Below are positions 1 through 10,255 of a DNA stretch of 64,000 bases, in pieces. How positions within the stretch are numbered: position 1 is the first letter of the stretch; every line of letters begins with the position of its first letter. The translations under genes were made by a program, and so were the position numbers. The notes beneath the pieces were generated by a model that saw nothing but the letters and a program-made list of their open reading frames with translations, was not told where the DNA came from and searched no databases. Where the stretch lies: positions 68,808 through 132,807 of IMG/VR virus record IMGVR_UViG_3300021426_000068. One strand, written 5' to 3'. This stretch comes from a virus. Taxonomy: Duplodnaviria > Caudoviricetes.

Positions 1-530
1 TGTGTAAATGCTGGTACAGGTGCTTGTACTGGTTGTGCAGTAGATTGACGTTTATTTACTGCTGTTTTTTCTAAACCATACTGTTTTGTTATCTTATTTG
101 CTTGTGCTTTTAATCTGTTAGCCATAGCCATATATTCTTTAGCTTGTGCTAATAATTGTTCTGCTTGTTCAGATGCTGTATTAGGCATTTTTGACAAAGG
201 ATTAGTCATGCTTCTTCTTGTATCATCATAATCATGTTCGTCTTTAAAACCTTCAGTACCTCTATCCATTGATTTTTGATAGTTATATCCTTGTTTTGCA
301 CCTTTAAAAGCACCTTTTAAATTATTCCATAATCCTTCATCCATATCAGATTCTTTAAGAATTCTTAAAGCACTTTCTGTAATTATATTATGGAGTTCTT
401 GTTCTGTTATTTTAACAGAACTTTTTTTATTTTCATTGATTTTTTTCTTGTTTTCTTGTTTCATTTCTTTAATAACTTCAACAATACTTTCAGAAATGAT
501 ATTTTGTAATTTATCTTCAGTTATTTTCAT
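1..530 (-). CDS. Putative internal head protein with two helical targeting-type tags (partial, runs off window start)
   Basis: Manual translation from ATG at 530: MKITEDKLQNIISESIVEVIKE...VKITEQELHNIITESALRILKESDMDEGLWNNLKG; late motif at 548-557; absent from ORF track because truncated. Confidence 0.75.
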   Translation of the reverse strand, partial: MKITEDKLQNIISESIVEVIKEMKQENKKKINENKKSSVKITEQELHNIITESALRILKESDMDEGLWNNLKGAFKGAKQGYNYQKSMDRGTEGFKDEHDYDDTRRSMTNPLSKMPNTASEQAEQLLAQAKEYMAMANRLKAQANKITKQYGLEKTAVNKRQSTAQPVQAPVPAFT

Positions 531-617
531 AATTTAAATATTTTTAATATAAATAGTAAAGAAACATATAAAAACTTTACTTTTTCATAATAAAATTTAT
601 TTTTATAAAAAACAAAT

Positions 618-968
618 ATGGAAAAAAACATAAATGAAGATATTATTGAAAATAAAGTAGAAGAAAATAATAACATAATATTTTCTAAAAATAAAATATC
701 TGATTATTCTATAATTGAATTAATACAATTAGAGTCTGCTGCTCGTTTACTTTATTCAATTAATGAAAATGAATATATTACATTTAGAGGACAATTATCA
801 CCAACAGGTGTTAAGATGTATAAAGATTCATTAAATAAAATGGAAAAAAAAGTAAAAAAATATGGTAAAATAAGACAAAATTTACTTCAAGAAATTGGAT
901 TAAGAATAGAAGAAATTGAAACATTTTTTGAAAATGGAAAAGAAGAAAACGAAACAAATGAATTTTAA
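618..968 (+). CDS. Hypothetical protein
   Basis: 116-aa ORF, genome-typical composition. Confidence 0.6.
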   Translation: MEKNINEDIIENKVEENNNIIFSKNKISDYSIIELIQLESAARLLYSINENEYITFRGQLSPTGVKMYKDSLNKMEKKVKKYGKIRQNLLQEIGLRIEEIETFFENGKEENETNEF

Positions 969-2016
969 ACGAAATATAAAATCTTTCATTGATGGTATCT
1001 TTTACGGTTTAAAGGGTGCTGATAATGTCATTTCTACGCAAGCATCATATGGTAGTTCTGATACAGAAATAGTACAATCACAAATAAAAGACAATGTTTA
1101 TAATGATTTATTAAGGGGTGAAGAAACACAAAGAGTAAAAGAACTTAGAGATGAATTTTATAGAACAATTGATAAATCTAAAGATTTTAAAGTTGAAATA
1201 AGTGGTGTTAGTAAAAAAGATTTTGAAAAAAATTTAGATAATGAAAATGTTACATTAACAGCAACAGCAACTAAAAAAACAGCACTTGATTTTGTATGTA
1301 AAATTGAAGTATATAATCCAGAAAAATTACATTTAAAATGTATACAAGATAATATTCAAGTTCCAGAAAAGGGTGCTTTTTCACAAACTGACAATACCGA
1401 AAATTTAGAGAAAGGAAATCAAAATATGTTAGTTGGTTGTATGCTTAGTGATAAACATGTAAGTATATTTAAGATAAAACGAGACGGTTTCTTACCAAGA
1501 TTCAAACTTGAAGATTATTCTAACAAAGTTGTTATACGTGTTTTAGATGATAACACTTCACTTGTGGATTTTTATGTATCAGCATACCCAAGTCAGTTTG
1601 GTTTTGTGTATGAATTAGGAAAAAACGGAAAAATACATGCTAAAAAAGACAATAGTTCTTTATTAGTTTCAGAACTTAAACGTTTATTAGAAAAACAAAT
1701 AAGAACTTCTGATGTTGTGGAAATGTCTGAGTTTAGTTTTGAAACAGAAAATGCTTATGGCGTACCTAATCCTTCTTATTTTGACTTTGATAATATGGAA
1801 TATAAAGGAATTGACACATTTGATGGTAATTTTGTTATTACATTAAAAGCACATAACAAACACATAAGTTCTGCAATTGAAAAATATCACACTAAAGAAC
1901 TTGATGAAAAACTTAAGAACAATTCAGTAAGAGAAGGAAAAGATGTTGATTTATATACTGTCATGAGACATAATGAAAAATTATCAAGTGAAAATAAAAT
2001 AAATGAAAATAATTAA
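958..2016 (+). CDS. Hypothetical protein
   Basis: Long ORF; likely start ATG 958 (MNFKRNIK) overlapping end of upstream gene. Confidence 0.7.
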   Translation: MNFKRNIKSFIDGIFYGLKGADNVISTQASYGSSDTEIVQSQIKDNVYNDLLRGEETQRVKELRDEFYRTIDKSKDFKVEISGVSKKDFEKNLDNENVTLTATATKKTALDFVCKIEVYNPEKLHLKCIQDNIQVPEKGAFSQTDNTENLEKGNQNMLVGCMLSDKHVSIFKIKRDGFLPRFKLEDYSNKVVIRVLDDNTSLVDFYVSAYPSQFGFVYELGKNGKIHAKKDNSSLLVSELKRLLEKQIRTSDVVEMSEFSFETENAYGVPNPSYFDFDNMEYKGIDTFDGNFVITLKAHNKHISSAIEKYHTKELDEKLKNNSVREGKDVDLYTVMRHNEKLSSENKINENN

Positions 2017-2021
2017 TTAAT

Positions 2022-2624
2022 ATGAAGATAGCAATAGATTTAAATGATGTAATACGTGATTATTCAAATAATTTTATTTCGATGTATTTAAATTATTTTA
2101 ATCATGATTTTGATACAACAGATTTTGAAATGTGGACAAATGATATGCAATCTTTATTAGATTTTAAGACAGAACGTGCTTATCAAAAGTTTATCTATGA
2201 AGACTATCCATTTGAAATTTTTTGTAAATGTGGTACATGTACAAAAAAGTTACCTGTTGAATTAAAAGAATGGATAAGTTGTTTAAGAGATTATGAGTTT
2301 GATGAACCTGTTGAAGTTATGTTTGTTTCTCCTATGGAATATGGTGCTTCAATTAGTTATACATTTGCATTTATTGGGAATCTTGGTTGTGGTATAAGAG
2401 AAGTTTATTTACCATTTGATTCTACAAAAATTTGGGATAAATGTGATGTTTTAATAACAGCAAATCCATCATTAATTTCTTGTAAACCAGAAAACAAATA
2501 TGTTATTAAAATTAATACAGAATATAATAAAGAATCATTTAGTGATTATAATTACAAAAGATTAAGTGATTTTTTATCAGATGAAGAAATTTTAACAGAA
2601 ATAAATGAAAAAATAAATAAATAA
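2022..2624 (+). CDS. HAD-fold 5'(3')-deoxyribonucleotidase-like protein
   Basis: N-terminal IAIDLNDVIRD resembles HAD motif I of NT5C-type enzymes; C-terminal DVLI..NP...N..YN. Confidence 0.6.
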   Translation: MKIAIDLNDVIRDYSNNFISMYLNYFNHDFDTTDFEMWTNDMQSLLDFKTERAYQKFIYEDYPFEIFCKCGTCTKKLPVELKEWISCLRDYEFDEPVEVMFVSPMEYGASISYTFAFIGNLGCGIREVYLPFDSTKIWDKCDVLITANPSLISCKPENKYVIKINTEYNKESFSDYNYKRLSDFLSDEEILTEINEKINK

Positions 2625-2638
2625 GAAACTTTAAATAT

Positions 2639-3775
2639 ATGTCAGAATTAACAAAAAAAGAAATGATTAAAACAATAGAAAAAAACATTGGTAAAATCAA
2701 TGATAAATCATTTACGATATATTTCTATGTTTTTGATACAAAGGGTAATCCTTCAGGCTCATTAAGTTATATTTATCAGACAGCATACACATTGAAAGAA
2801 CTTGGGTACAATGTATGTATGTTACACTCTGATGATAAATTTATTGGTGTCGGTGATTGGCTTGGTGAAAAGTATGCTGAATTGCCACATAAGCAACATC
2901 AGACAAGTGATGGAAAGATTAAAGAACACATAGATATCAATGCTTGTGATTTTATAATTATTCCAGAAATTTTCGCAAACGTAATGATTGCTTTGAAGAA
3001 TGCACCATGTAAAAAGATAGTACTTGTTCAAAACTATAATTGGCTTTGCGAATCAATGCCTATGGTAGCAAGTTTTCAAAATTTAAAAATAAATGATATT
3101 ATCACAACAACTGAAACACAAAAGAAATTGCTTGAAAGTTATTTCCCGAATATGAATATTTTTGTTGTATCACCTTCGATTAGTCCAATTTTTAGGGATA
3201 GTGATAAACCAAGAAAATTAGTTGTTAATATTGTTTCTAAAGACCAAAGTGATATTCATAGAATAATTAAACCATTCCACTGGAAATATCCTATTTATCA
3301 GTTTATTTCTTTTGCTGAATTAAGAGGTTTGTCACAAGAACAGTTTAGTGATGCATTAAGAGAAAATGCTATAACAATTTGGATAGATAAAGAAAGTAAT
3401 TTTGGCTATTCTGCTTTGGAAGCAATGAGAAGTGGTACAATCTTACTTGCAAAAACACCTGAAACATTACCTGATTGGTGTTTGGAAACAGATGAAAAAA
3501 CAGGCGAAAAAAGGTTAACTGATGCTTGCATTTGGTTTGATGATATTAATACTGTTCCTGATATGTTAGCAAGTGTTATTAGAACATGGACATTAGATAG
3601 AATACCTTCAGAAGTTTATGAATCTGAACATAAATTGGATAATTTATATACTAGAGATATTCAGAAGAAAGAGATTGAACATGTTTATTTAAACACAATT
3701 ATTGAAAGAAGAAAGAAAGATTTTGAAGAAGTTTTAATACAAGTAAAAAATAAAGACGAAAAAGAAGATAAATAA
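2639..3775 (+). CDS. GT-B fold glycosyltransferase (GT4-like)
   Basis: PSGS...IY..A..L..LGY N-terminus; ESNFGYSALEAMRSGT (E-x7-E GT-B signature). Confidence 0.7.
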   Translation: MSELTKKEMIKTIEKNIGKINDKSFTIYFYVFDTKGNPSGSLSYIYQTAYTLKELGYNVCMLHSDDKFIGVGDWLGEKYAELPHKQHQTSDGKIKEHIDINACDFIIIPEIFANVMIALKNAPCKKIVLVQNYNWLCESMPMVASFQNLKINDIITTTETQKKLLESYFPNMNIFVVSPSISPIFRDSDKPRKLVVNIVSKDQSDIHRIIKPFHWKYPIYQFISFAELRGLSQEQFSDALRENAITIWIDKESNFGYSALEAMRSGTILLAKTPETLPDWCLETDEKTGEKRLTDACIWFDDINTVPDMLASVIRTWTLDRIPSEVYESEHKLDNLYTRDIQKKEIEHVYLNTIIERRKKDFEEVLIQVKNKDEKEDK

Positions 3776-3776
3776 T

Positions 3777-4556
3777 ATGAAGAATTTAACTGTAATAGTC
3801 CCTATACATGAGTTTAGTGATGAAATCGAAAAACTTTTAAATAGAGCAATTGATAGTTTTAATGAAACTGATAAAGATAAAGATACTGATTTACTTTTTA
3901 TTGGACCAAAAGATGTTTTAAAATCAGTAAAAGAAAAGTTTGATGGTGAACGTAGAATATTTGTTGAAAATGAAAAAACTGATTTTTCTTCACAAATAAA
4001 TAAAGCAGTTGATTCTTGTAAAGAGTATTTTTCAATTCTTGAATTTGATGATGTTTATACACCTAATTGGTTCAAAAATGTAAAGGAATATTTAAATAAT
4101 GATGAAGGCATATCAATTTATTTGCCGTTAACAGAGGTTGTTTTATATAATAAGACAGATGAACCTATTGGTTATGTAAACGAAGCACCTTTAGCAACTT
4201 CTTTTTCAGAAGAACTTGGTTTTCTTGATTTGGAATCTCTTTTAAACTATATGAATTTTAATACAACTGGTGCTATCTTTAAGACAAAAGATTTTATTGA
4301 AGTAGGTAAATTGAAAGAACCTATTAAATTATCATTCTGGTATGAATTCTTATTAAGAGCAGTCAGAAATGACAAGAAAGTTTATGTAATACCTAAAGTT
4401 GGATATAGACACACTTTAAGTAGAGAAAGTTCTTTATCGGAAATATATAATAAAACTATGAATCCTAAAGAAGCAGAATTTTGGATTGAACTTGCTCAAA
4501 AAGATTACTTATTTAAAAAGACAAGAGATATATCACATTATTTATACGAAGAATAA
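3777..4556 (+). CDS. GT-A fold glycosyltransferase (GT2-like)
   Basis: LTVIVPIHE start, ILEFDD (DxD-like), FLLRA...VYVIPKVGYRH. Confidence 0.75.
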   Translation: MKNLTVIVPIHEFSDEIEKLLNRAIDSFNETDKDKDTDLLFIGPKDVLKSVKEKFDGERRIFVENEKTDFSSQINKAVDSCKEYFSILEFDDVYTPNWFKNVKEYLNNDEGISIYLPLTEVVLYNKTDEPIGYVNEAPLATSFSEELGFLDLESLLNYMNFNTTGAIFKTKDFIEVGKLKEPIKLSFWYEFLLRAVRNDKKVYVIPKVGYRHTLSRESSLSEIYNKTMNPKEAEFWIELAQKDYLFKKTRDISHYLYEE

Positions 4557-4576
4557 TAATAAAGTATGCAAAGAAT

Positions 4577-4716
4577 GAGATGGGAATTATCTAAATAGTT
4601 CCCATTTCTCGGTATCAACGGTAAGACTTATTTTATATAAGTAAAGTTAATGAGAAAGTACATAATTATTATGTAGATAAGATGCCTTTTGCTGTAATAA
4701 ATATACATAGCAAAAA
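4577..4716 (+). promoter_or_regulatory. Multi-hairpin structured leader upstream of the late sigma factor
   Basis: Stems 4577-4590/4595-4608, 4611-4616/4681-4686, 4626-4631/4637-4642, 4659-4666/4668-4675, 4687-4693/4709-4715 abutting ATG 4717. Confidence 0.5.
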
Positions 4717-5607
4717 ATGGCAAAAAGAGGTAGAAAACCAAAAGAACGTAAAGGTTATTTTTATGAAAATGAAGAACAAGCAGTAATTGACTATATTTCA
4801 ACAGATGATGGTGTTAAGAAAAATGAAATATTCAATAAGTATCTTTATCCAGCATTTGTTAAAATGATTGAATCTATTATAAGAAGATATAATTTATATT
4901 GTTCAGATGAAGAATTTGTTCAAACATTTAATGATACATTATCATATTTAATGTCAAAAATATCACATTATAAAAAAGTAATGTATATATATGAACAAAT
5001 TGAATTCATACCTGAAAACGAAGATGCTGTCATAATTAATGAAGATAATAAAAAAGAATTTTTTAAAACAGCTAATGTTAATAGTCCTGAATATGTGGAA
5101 GTAGATTATTTTGGAAACAATATAGAATATTATAAGCTTAAAGAGAAAAAAATGAAGGCTTTTTCATATTGTCAAACAGTTGTTAAAAATTATCTTATGT
5201 TTAAAAGAATACAAGTAGTAAAAGAACAACAAAGAAATACATCATATGATACGGTTTCTGATACATTTGAAAATGATGCAAAATATTCAACAGAAATTAT
5301 TGATTCATATATTTTGGCTGAAAAATTAATATCAAAAACCTCTAATGAAATTAGAAAAATGCTTCAGAATGCTGAAGAAAACAACTTATCAGAAAAAGAA
5401 ATAAAAGTTGGTTATGCATTATGTGATTTATTTGAAGATAATAAATGGGAACAACTTATTAGAGATGATGATAGTAATAAATTATTGAAAAGTTCCGTTT
5501 TAATGTTTTTAAGAGAAGCAACACTTATGACAACAAAAGAAATAAGAGATAATTGTAAACCATTTAAAACATTATATTTTCTACTTAAAAAAAATGAACT
5601 TGAATAA
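4717..5607 (+). CDS. Late-transcription sigma factor (T4 gp55-like) with an internal insertion
   Basis: YF...EEQAVIDY, LYPAFVKMIESIIRRY, KAFSYCQTVVKNYL resemble gp55 region-2 motifs. Confidence 0.65.
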   Translation: MAKRGRKPKERKGYFYENEEQAVIDYISTDDGVKKNEIFNKYLYPAFVKMIESIIRRYNLYCSDEEFVQTFNDTLSYLMSKISHYKKVMYIYEQIEFIPENEDAVIINEDNKKEFFKTANVNSPEYVEVDYFGNNIEYYKLKEKKMKAFSYCQTVVKNYLMFKRIQVVKEQQRNTSYDTVSDTFENDAKYSTEIIDSYILAEKLISKTSNEIRKMLQNAEENNLSEKEIKVGYALCDLFEDNKWEQLIRDDDSNKLLKSSVLMFLREATLMTTKEIRDNCKPFKTLYFLLKKNELE

Positions 5608-5647
5608 TTTGTTTTAAACTATTTATAGTTATAAAGTATTAAATATT

Positions 5648-6052
5648 ATGGAAAAAAGATATAAAGTAAAATTAAATTCAAATGATAAAATTGAAGAACT
5701 TCTTCAAGAAATTTATAACGAAGCATGTAGACAACTTAACCAAATTCAAATAGAAATGGATAAGTTGACTAACAGTATAAATCTTGGTGCTGAAGAAATA
5801 ACAATCGAAGATAAGACAAAATATTCAAAGGCAATGCATGATTATTTAGGGGATAAAGACCGTGCAATTAAATCTAAATTTGAAATTGCTAAATTTTTAG
5901 GTGAAATTGTTAAACATAATGGTAGTGTAAATGATACACTTAATGACCCAGCATTTGCTAAAGCAACAAGTCTTAATATTAAAAATTTGAGAAATGCTGT
6001 TTTATCTGATGATAAAGAAGAAGATACTGACACATATATATTAAAACATTAA
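5648..6052 (+). CDS. Hypothetical protein (late operon)
   Basis: 134-aa ORF preceded by AACTATTTATA at 5617-5627. Confidence 0.7.
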   Translation: MEKRYKVKLNSNDKIEELLQEIYNEACRQLNQIQIEMDKLTNSINLGAEEITIEDKTKYSKAMHDYLGDKDRAIKSKFEIAKFLGEIVKHNGSVNDTLNDPAFAKATSLNIKNLRNAVLSDDKEEDTDTYILKH

Positions 6053-6053
6053 T

Positions 6054-8009
6054 ATGGCTGCATTAACAACAGAAGTAATAGGTACTATAGGTGCAATTCA
6101 AACACTCATAGAGAACTTTCCTATGAGTATTTTTGAACTTTTTGGAAATAAAACATATACAAACCCAATTGACTTTATAATGGATGTATTAAGACAATTG
6201 GGTATTAGTGATGCTGTTCTTGTTGATAAACTTATTGAACTTTACTTTAATGTTCCAAATGCTGTTGAATTATATGGAGATGTATCAAATTATAAGTATA
6301 AATTTATAAAAAAACCAACAGAAGAACAAATAGAACAAGCAGTAAAAGAACAAGATATTCCAAGTAAAATAGATGCTAATAGTCCAAACTATATTTTCAT
6401 TGTAAATGAAAATGAAACAAAATCTTATTATAGAAAAACAGCACCTGTTCCAACTGAACTTCAAAGTGAATTTTTAAATGGTATTGAATTTTCTGTTAAA
6501 GGGATTATACAAAACATATTAACTGGTTTATTATCTTGTTCTATTATTCCTGAAATACCAGAATCTTATATGGATAATAGTAATATACAATTTATTTTTC
6601 CAAAAGATTCTTTTGATATTAGTGGATTATTAAATATTAATCCTTTAACCGATATTGGTAAAAACTTTTATTCAGGTGTTGATGATGAAGACTTAACAGT
6701 AAACAATTTATATAAAACAAATGATTTAAATGCTTTCATTTGGTATTCTATGAATAGAGGTACAACATTAACACAACAAGAAAAAAATAAGATGATGTGG
6801 GATAGTAGAATTGTATCTGAACGTGAAGGTAATGAGGAAAATAGAAGAATATCTTCAGAAGATTGGGATAATTGGATTAATAGTAAAGTAGAAACAAATA
6901 GTATTTTTTATTTGAATAATTGGCAAAAATATCTTGATGCATTAAGTGGTTCTAACAAAACTGTTGATATTCCTTTACATCCTATATTACAATTTGAACC
7001 AACTGATTTTTTTGGATATAATAAAGGTATTAGAGTATCATTTCCAAGTCAAACATGGCATAAAGACGAAGGAATATTTAATAAAAGTATTTATAGGTTT
7101 AATATAGATTATTTAAATAACATACAAATATTTAATCCTAGACTTATCATAACTGAAATGATAAACACTTTATTAAATGGAAATATAAATCTTGGTGTTA
7201 ATTTAAATTACTCTATACAAACTAAAATATTAGAAGGAAGAATTAACACTATAATTAAAAAAGCATTAGAAGAAGATGATGCAACAGTTGAAGATTGTTT
7301 CTTTAGTTTCTCAAATGATGAATACAATGAAGCACTTAAAAATATGGAACTTCAAAAGTATAATGCAAAAGAATTAAATAGTGAAACATCTCCTGCGATA
7401 AAAATAGATGAAAACTTTGGATTAAATGCTATTAATGAAATTAATTCAATGGCAACATTAAATGAAAAGATTTCAACTATTACAAAAACTGTTTATGATA
7501 TTTCAGCAATACCAGCACAAGATGCTGCAATTGAAATTAGTGATAAACTAAGTTTATCTTATAATGAAAAGTGGATTAATGATGTTGTTATGGCTCTTGT
7601 TATGCCATTAGCAAAAGCAATACTTACTCCAAAAGTAATGTTATTATTTTTAATAAACTTTCAAATAATGGGAATGATTAATATTAATGACATTAAATCA
7701 CTTAACGATGTAATGGATTTAATATTGAAAAAAATGATAGCAATTATTATATCATTAGTAAGATATATTAAAGATAAAATAATTGAATTTTTATTAAAAT
7801 TATTCTTTGATGTTGCCGAAGAATTAATTGTCAAATGGGGTATACTAATTTTAAAAGAAAAACTTGATGCTTGGTTAACATTACTTGCTGAAGCAATAAG
7901 TTGTATTCCATTATTTAATTTTGGTAAAGTATTAACTGAAATTGATGATGTTAATTATGCTGATATAACACAAACACAGGATATACCAAAAACTGAAGAA
8001 AAATGTTAA
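6054..8009 (+). CDS. Putative virion structural protein
   Basis: 651-aa ORF in the late operon upstream of baseplate-like genes; helical hydrophobic C-terminus. Confidence 0.6.
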   Translation: MAALTTEVIGTIGAIQTLIENFPMSIFELFGNKTYTNPIDFIMDVLRQLGISDAVLVDKLIELYFNVPNAVELYGDVSNYKYKFIKKPTEEQIEQAVKEQDIPSKIDANSPNYIFIVNENETKSYYRKTAPVPTELQSEFLNGIEFSVKGIIQNILTGLLSCSIIPEIPESYMDNSNIQFIFPKDSFDISGLLNINPLTDIGKNFYSGVDDEDLTVNNLYKTNDLNAFIWYSMNRGTTLTQQEKNKMMWDSRIVSEREGNEENRRISSEDWDNWINSKVETNSIFYLNNWQKYLDALSGSNKTVDIPLHPILQFEPTDFFGYNKGIRVSFPSQTWHKDEGIFNKSIYRFNIDYLNNIQIFNPRLIITEMINTLLNGNINLGVNLNYSIQTKILEGRINTIIKKALEEDDATVEDCFFSFSNDEYNEALKNMELQKYNAKELNSETSPAIKIDENFGLNAINEINSMATLNEKISTITKTVYDISAIPAQDAAIEISDKLSLSYNEKWINDVVMALVMPLAKAILTPKVMLLFLINFQIMGMININDIKSLNDVMDLILKKMIAIIISLVRYIKDKIIEFLLKLFFDVAEELIVKWGILILKEKLDAWLTLLAEAISCIPLFNFGKVLTEIDDVNYADITQTQDIPKTEEKC

Positions 8010-8034
8010 TAAATTTTTTAAAAAGTAAACAAAT

Positions 8035-8427
8035 ATGAATTTAGATAACATAGCAAGAACAATGAAAAACGCTTTCACTAAAATGAAAACGCCTGCTGAA
8101 ATTTTACCACCATTCTTACTTTATTGTGTTGCAACAAGAAGAAGTGGTATGTCTGCTTATGAAACAACTTCTAAAATCATATCAGATAATGCTGCATTAA
8201 ATATTTTAACAGGTGAAAATCCTGATGGAACACCTAATGTTGTTAATCAGTATACTTATAATATTGTTAAACATGTCTTAGATGAAATAAAAAATAATGC
8301 TGTTGTCCAAGTTTCAATACCAGCAAATTCTATTATGGTACAAACTAATGGAAGTAATGCAGGTGGTCCAGTTGTTTCTGTCGGACAAAATATAATAAGT
8401 ACAGTTGTAAGAGGAATTATAAGATAA
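8035..8427 (+). CDS. Putative baseplate-associated protein
   Basis: C-terminal VQTNGSNAGGPVVSVG beta-rich segment; context. Confidence 0.45.
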   Translation: MNLDNIARTMKNAFTKMKTPAEILPPFLLYCVATRRSGMSAYETTSKIISDNAALNILTGENPDGTPNVVNQYTYNIVKHVLDEIKNNAVVQVSIPANSIMVQTNGSNAGGPVVSVGQNIISTVVRGIIR

Positions 8428-8612
8428 TGGAAAAGAAAAACATAAAAGAATTAAGTAATTCTGAATTAAATATCTATAAAAAAGAATTAACAAATGAATT
8501 TGAATCCATAAAAGGAAAAATAGATTTATTAATTAAGTCACTTAAAGAAACAGAAAAAGAATATTTAAAGGTTGAAACAGAATTAAAAATAAGAAGTAAT
8601 AGTATATACTAA
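8427..8612 (+). CDS. Small coiled-coil hypothetical protein
   Basis: 61-aa ORF coupled to both neighbours. Confidence 0.6.
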   Translation: MEKKNIKELSNSELNIYKKELTNEFESIKGKIDLLIKSLKETEKEYLKVETELKIRSNSIY

Positions 8613-8613
8613 T

Positions 8614-9495
8614 ATGGCAGCAAATCAATATATACCAGGTAGTAGATTGGTAAAGGTTATTAGTATTGATGATGAAAATGGTGGTAATAGAATTAAAGTT
8701 AGATTTACACCTGAAGATAATAGCCGTAGAGACAGTGAATTACCATATGCAATACCATATCTACCAAAAATGTTACATGTTATGCCTAAAGTTGGTGAAT
8801 ATGTAATTGCTTTTTCAACCAATTTAACGGATTCTGAAAGTCAAAGATTTTATATTGGGCCAATTATTTCCCAATATAGTCATATGTTAGAAGAAAAAAA
8901 TTCTCTTGAAGCGTTGTCAATGGCTAAAGGTACTAGAGTTACACCAGATGTTTCAGAAGATTTAAAGCCACTAACAGAAGGTGCTTTTCCCAAAAAAGAA
9001 GATGTTGCTTTACTTGGTAGAAAAAATACTGATATTATATTAACTGAAAATGATGTAAGAATTCGTGCAGGCGTTAGAAAAGTAGAAGAAGGAAATAGTA
9101 GAAATGTAAACTTTAATGGCGAAAATCCTGCTTATATTAAATTAAAATATTGTCCAGTTGAACAATATGCTGATAATGACAAATATAATAGTAGTATTGC
9201 AATAGTTGCTGATAAAGTTTTACTTCTTGGTAATAATCCTAAAGAAAATGATAATAAACTTACAACAGATAAACATAATTTAATTAGTGATGAACAGTTT
9301 AATAAATTAATAGAAAAAACCCATGAACTTCCATTTGGTGATACATTAGTTGAATTCTTGACAATGTTCAGAGACGCTTTTATTAATCATGTTCACCCAT
9401 TTCCAACAATGAAACCATGTTATACAAATTCAATTGAAAATTTGCAAAAATATGATTTAACAAAAATGTTATCAAAAACTATTAGAATAGATTAA
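8614..9495 (+). CDS. Baseplate hub/spike protein, gp5/VgrG-type OB fold
   Basis: VISIDD...RIKVR...P.LPK...PKVGEYV OB-fold motif; C-terminal HVHP. Confidence 0.7.
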   Translation: MAANQYIPGSRLVKVISIDDENGGNRIKVRFTPEDNSRRDSELPYAIPYLPKMLHVMPKVGEYVIAFSTNLTDSESQRFYIGPIISQYSHMLEEKNSLEALSMAKGTRVTPDVSEDLKPLTEGAFPKKEDVALLGRKNTDIILTENDVRIRAGVRKVEEGNSRNVNFNGENPAYIKLKYCPVEQYADNDKYNSSIAIVADKVLLLGNNPKENDNKLTTDKHNLISDEQFNKLIEKTHELPFGDTLVEFLTMFRDAFINHVHPFPTMKPCYTNSIENLQKYDLTKMLSKTIRID

Positions 9496-9526
9496 AAAAA
9501 CTCGTAGGTAATTCCTACGAGTTTTT
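9496..9526. terminator. Bidirectional intrinsic terminator
   Basis: AAAAACTCGTAGG-taatt-CCTACGAGTTTTT between convergent genes. Confidence 0.8.
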
Positions 9527-10255
9527 ATTTTCATCATTAGTTAAATTGTTCTTATGTAAAATTAAAGTTCCATCTGGTAAATGTTCAAAATTTTTTAACG
9601 GTATACAGTTTGATGTCTGATAACTATAATCCGATTCACCAAAATAAATGTATATTAATTTCAAATAATCTCTATTATATGTTTTACAGAATTTTAAAAG
9701 GTTTTTAATATCATCTTCGTCTGAATCAAAAACATCAATCCTTTTTATATATTTAACCAAGTCTTTAATATTGTATATTGAATCATCATATGATTCTAAA
9801 GATTCTTCTGCTTGGTTGTAATATTCTATATCATGCCATTGATTATTCCATTCTGAGTCATTTCTTAATTTCATATGTGCATCTTTTGCTGAAGCACCTT
9901 GAAATTGGTTTTTTAATCTTTCTGGTGAATAATATTCAAATGGATATATATTACTAATATTATGCAATGAGTTTAATTTTTTCATATCAAATTCAATTCT
10001 AACACCACATCTTGAAGGATAAGCAAATCCTTCATAAAAAGACTTGTGCCTTGTTAAAGACATGAAATTATTCCCATTTCTCATATGTTTTTGTTTGTCA
10101 TTTAAGGCAAACATATTAAACCTTATAATTGCTAAAAGTGAAGAGAAATGCGTGAAATGATATAATGTATCATAATTAGTACCTTCCATAATTTGAGTAA
10201 TTACGGAATTTACCATTTCTTTTATATCATTTTCTGTTATAATAATTTTACTCAT
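9515..10255 (-). CDS. Tagged ADP-ribosyltransferase-like fold protein
   Basis: Start MSKIIITENDIKEMVNSVI (tag); LYHFT...MSLTR...QAEE pattern; paralogous to a domain of the 1356-aa protein. Confidence 0.5.
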   Translation of the reverse strand: MSKIIITENDIKEMVNSVITQIMEGTNYDTLYHFTHFSSLLAIIRFNMFALNDKQKHMRNGNNFMSLTRHKSFYEGFAYPSRCGVRIEFDMKKLNSLHNISNIYPFEYYSPERLKNQFQGASAKDAHMKLRNDSEWNNQWHDIEYYNQAEESLESYDDSIYNIKDLVKYIKRIDVFDSDEDDIKNLLKFCKTYNRDYLKLIYIYFGESDYSYQTSNCIPLKNFEHLPDGTLILHKNNLTNDENKNS

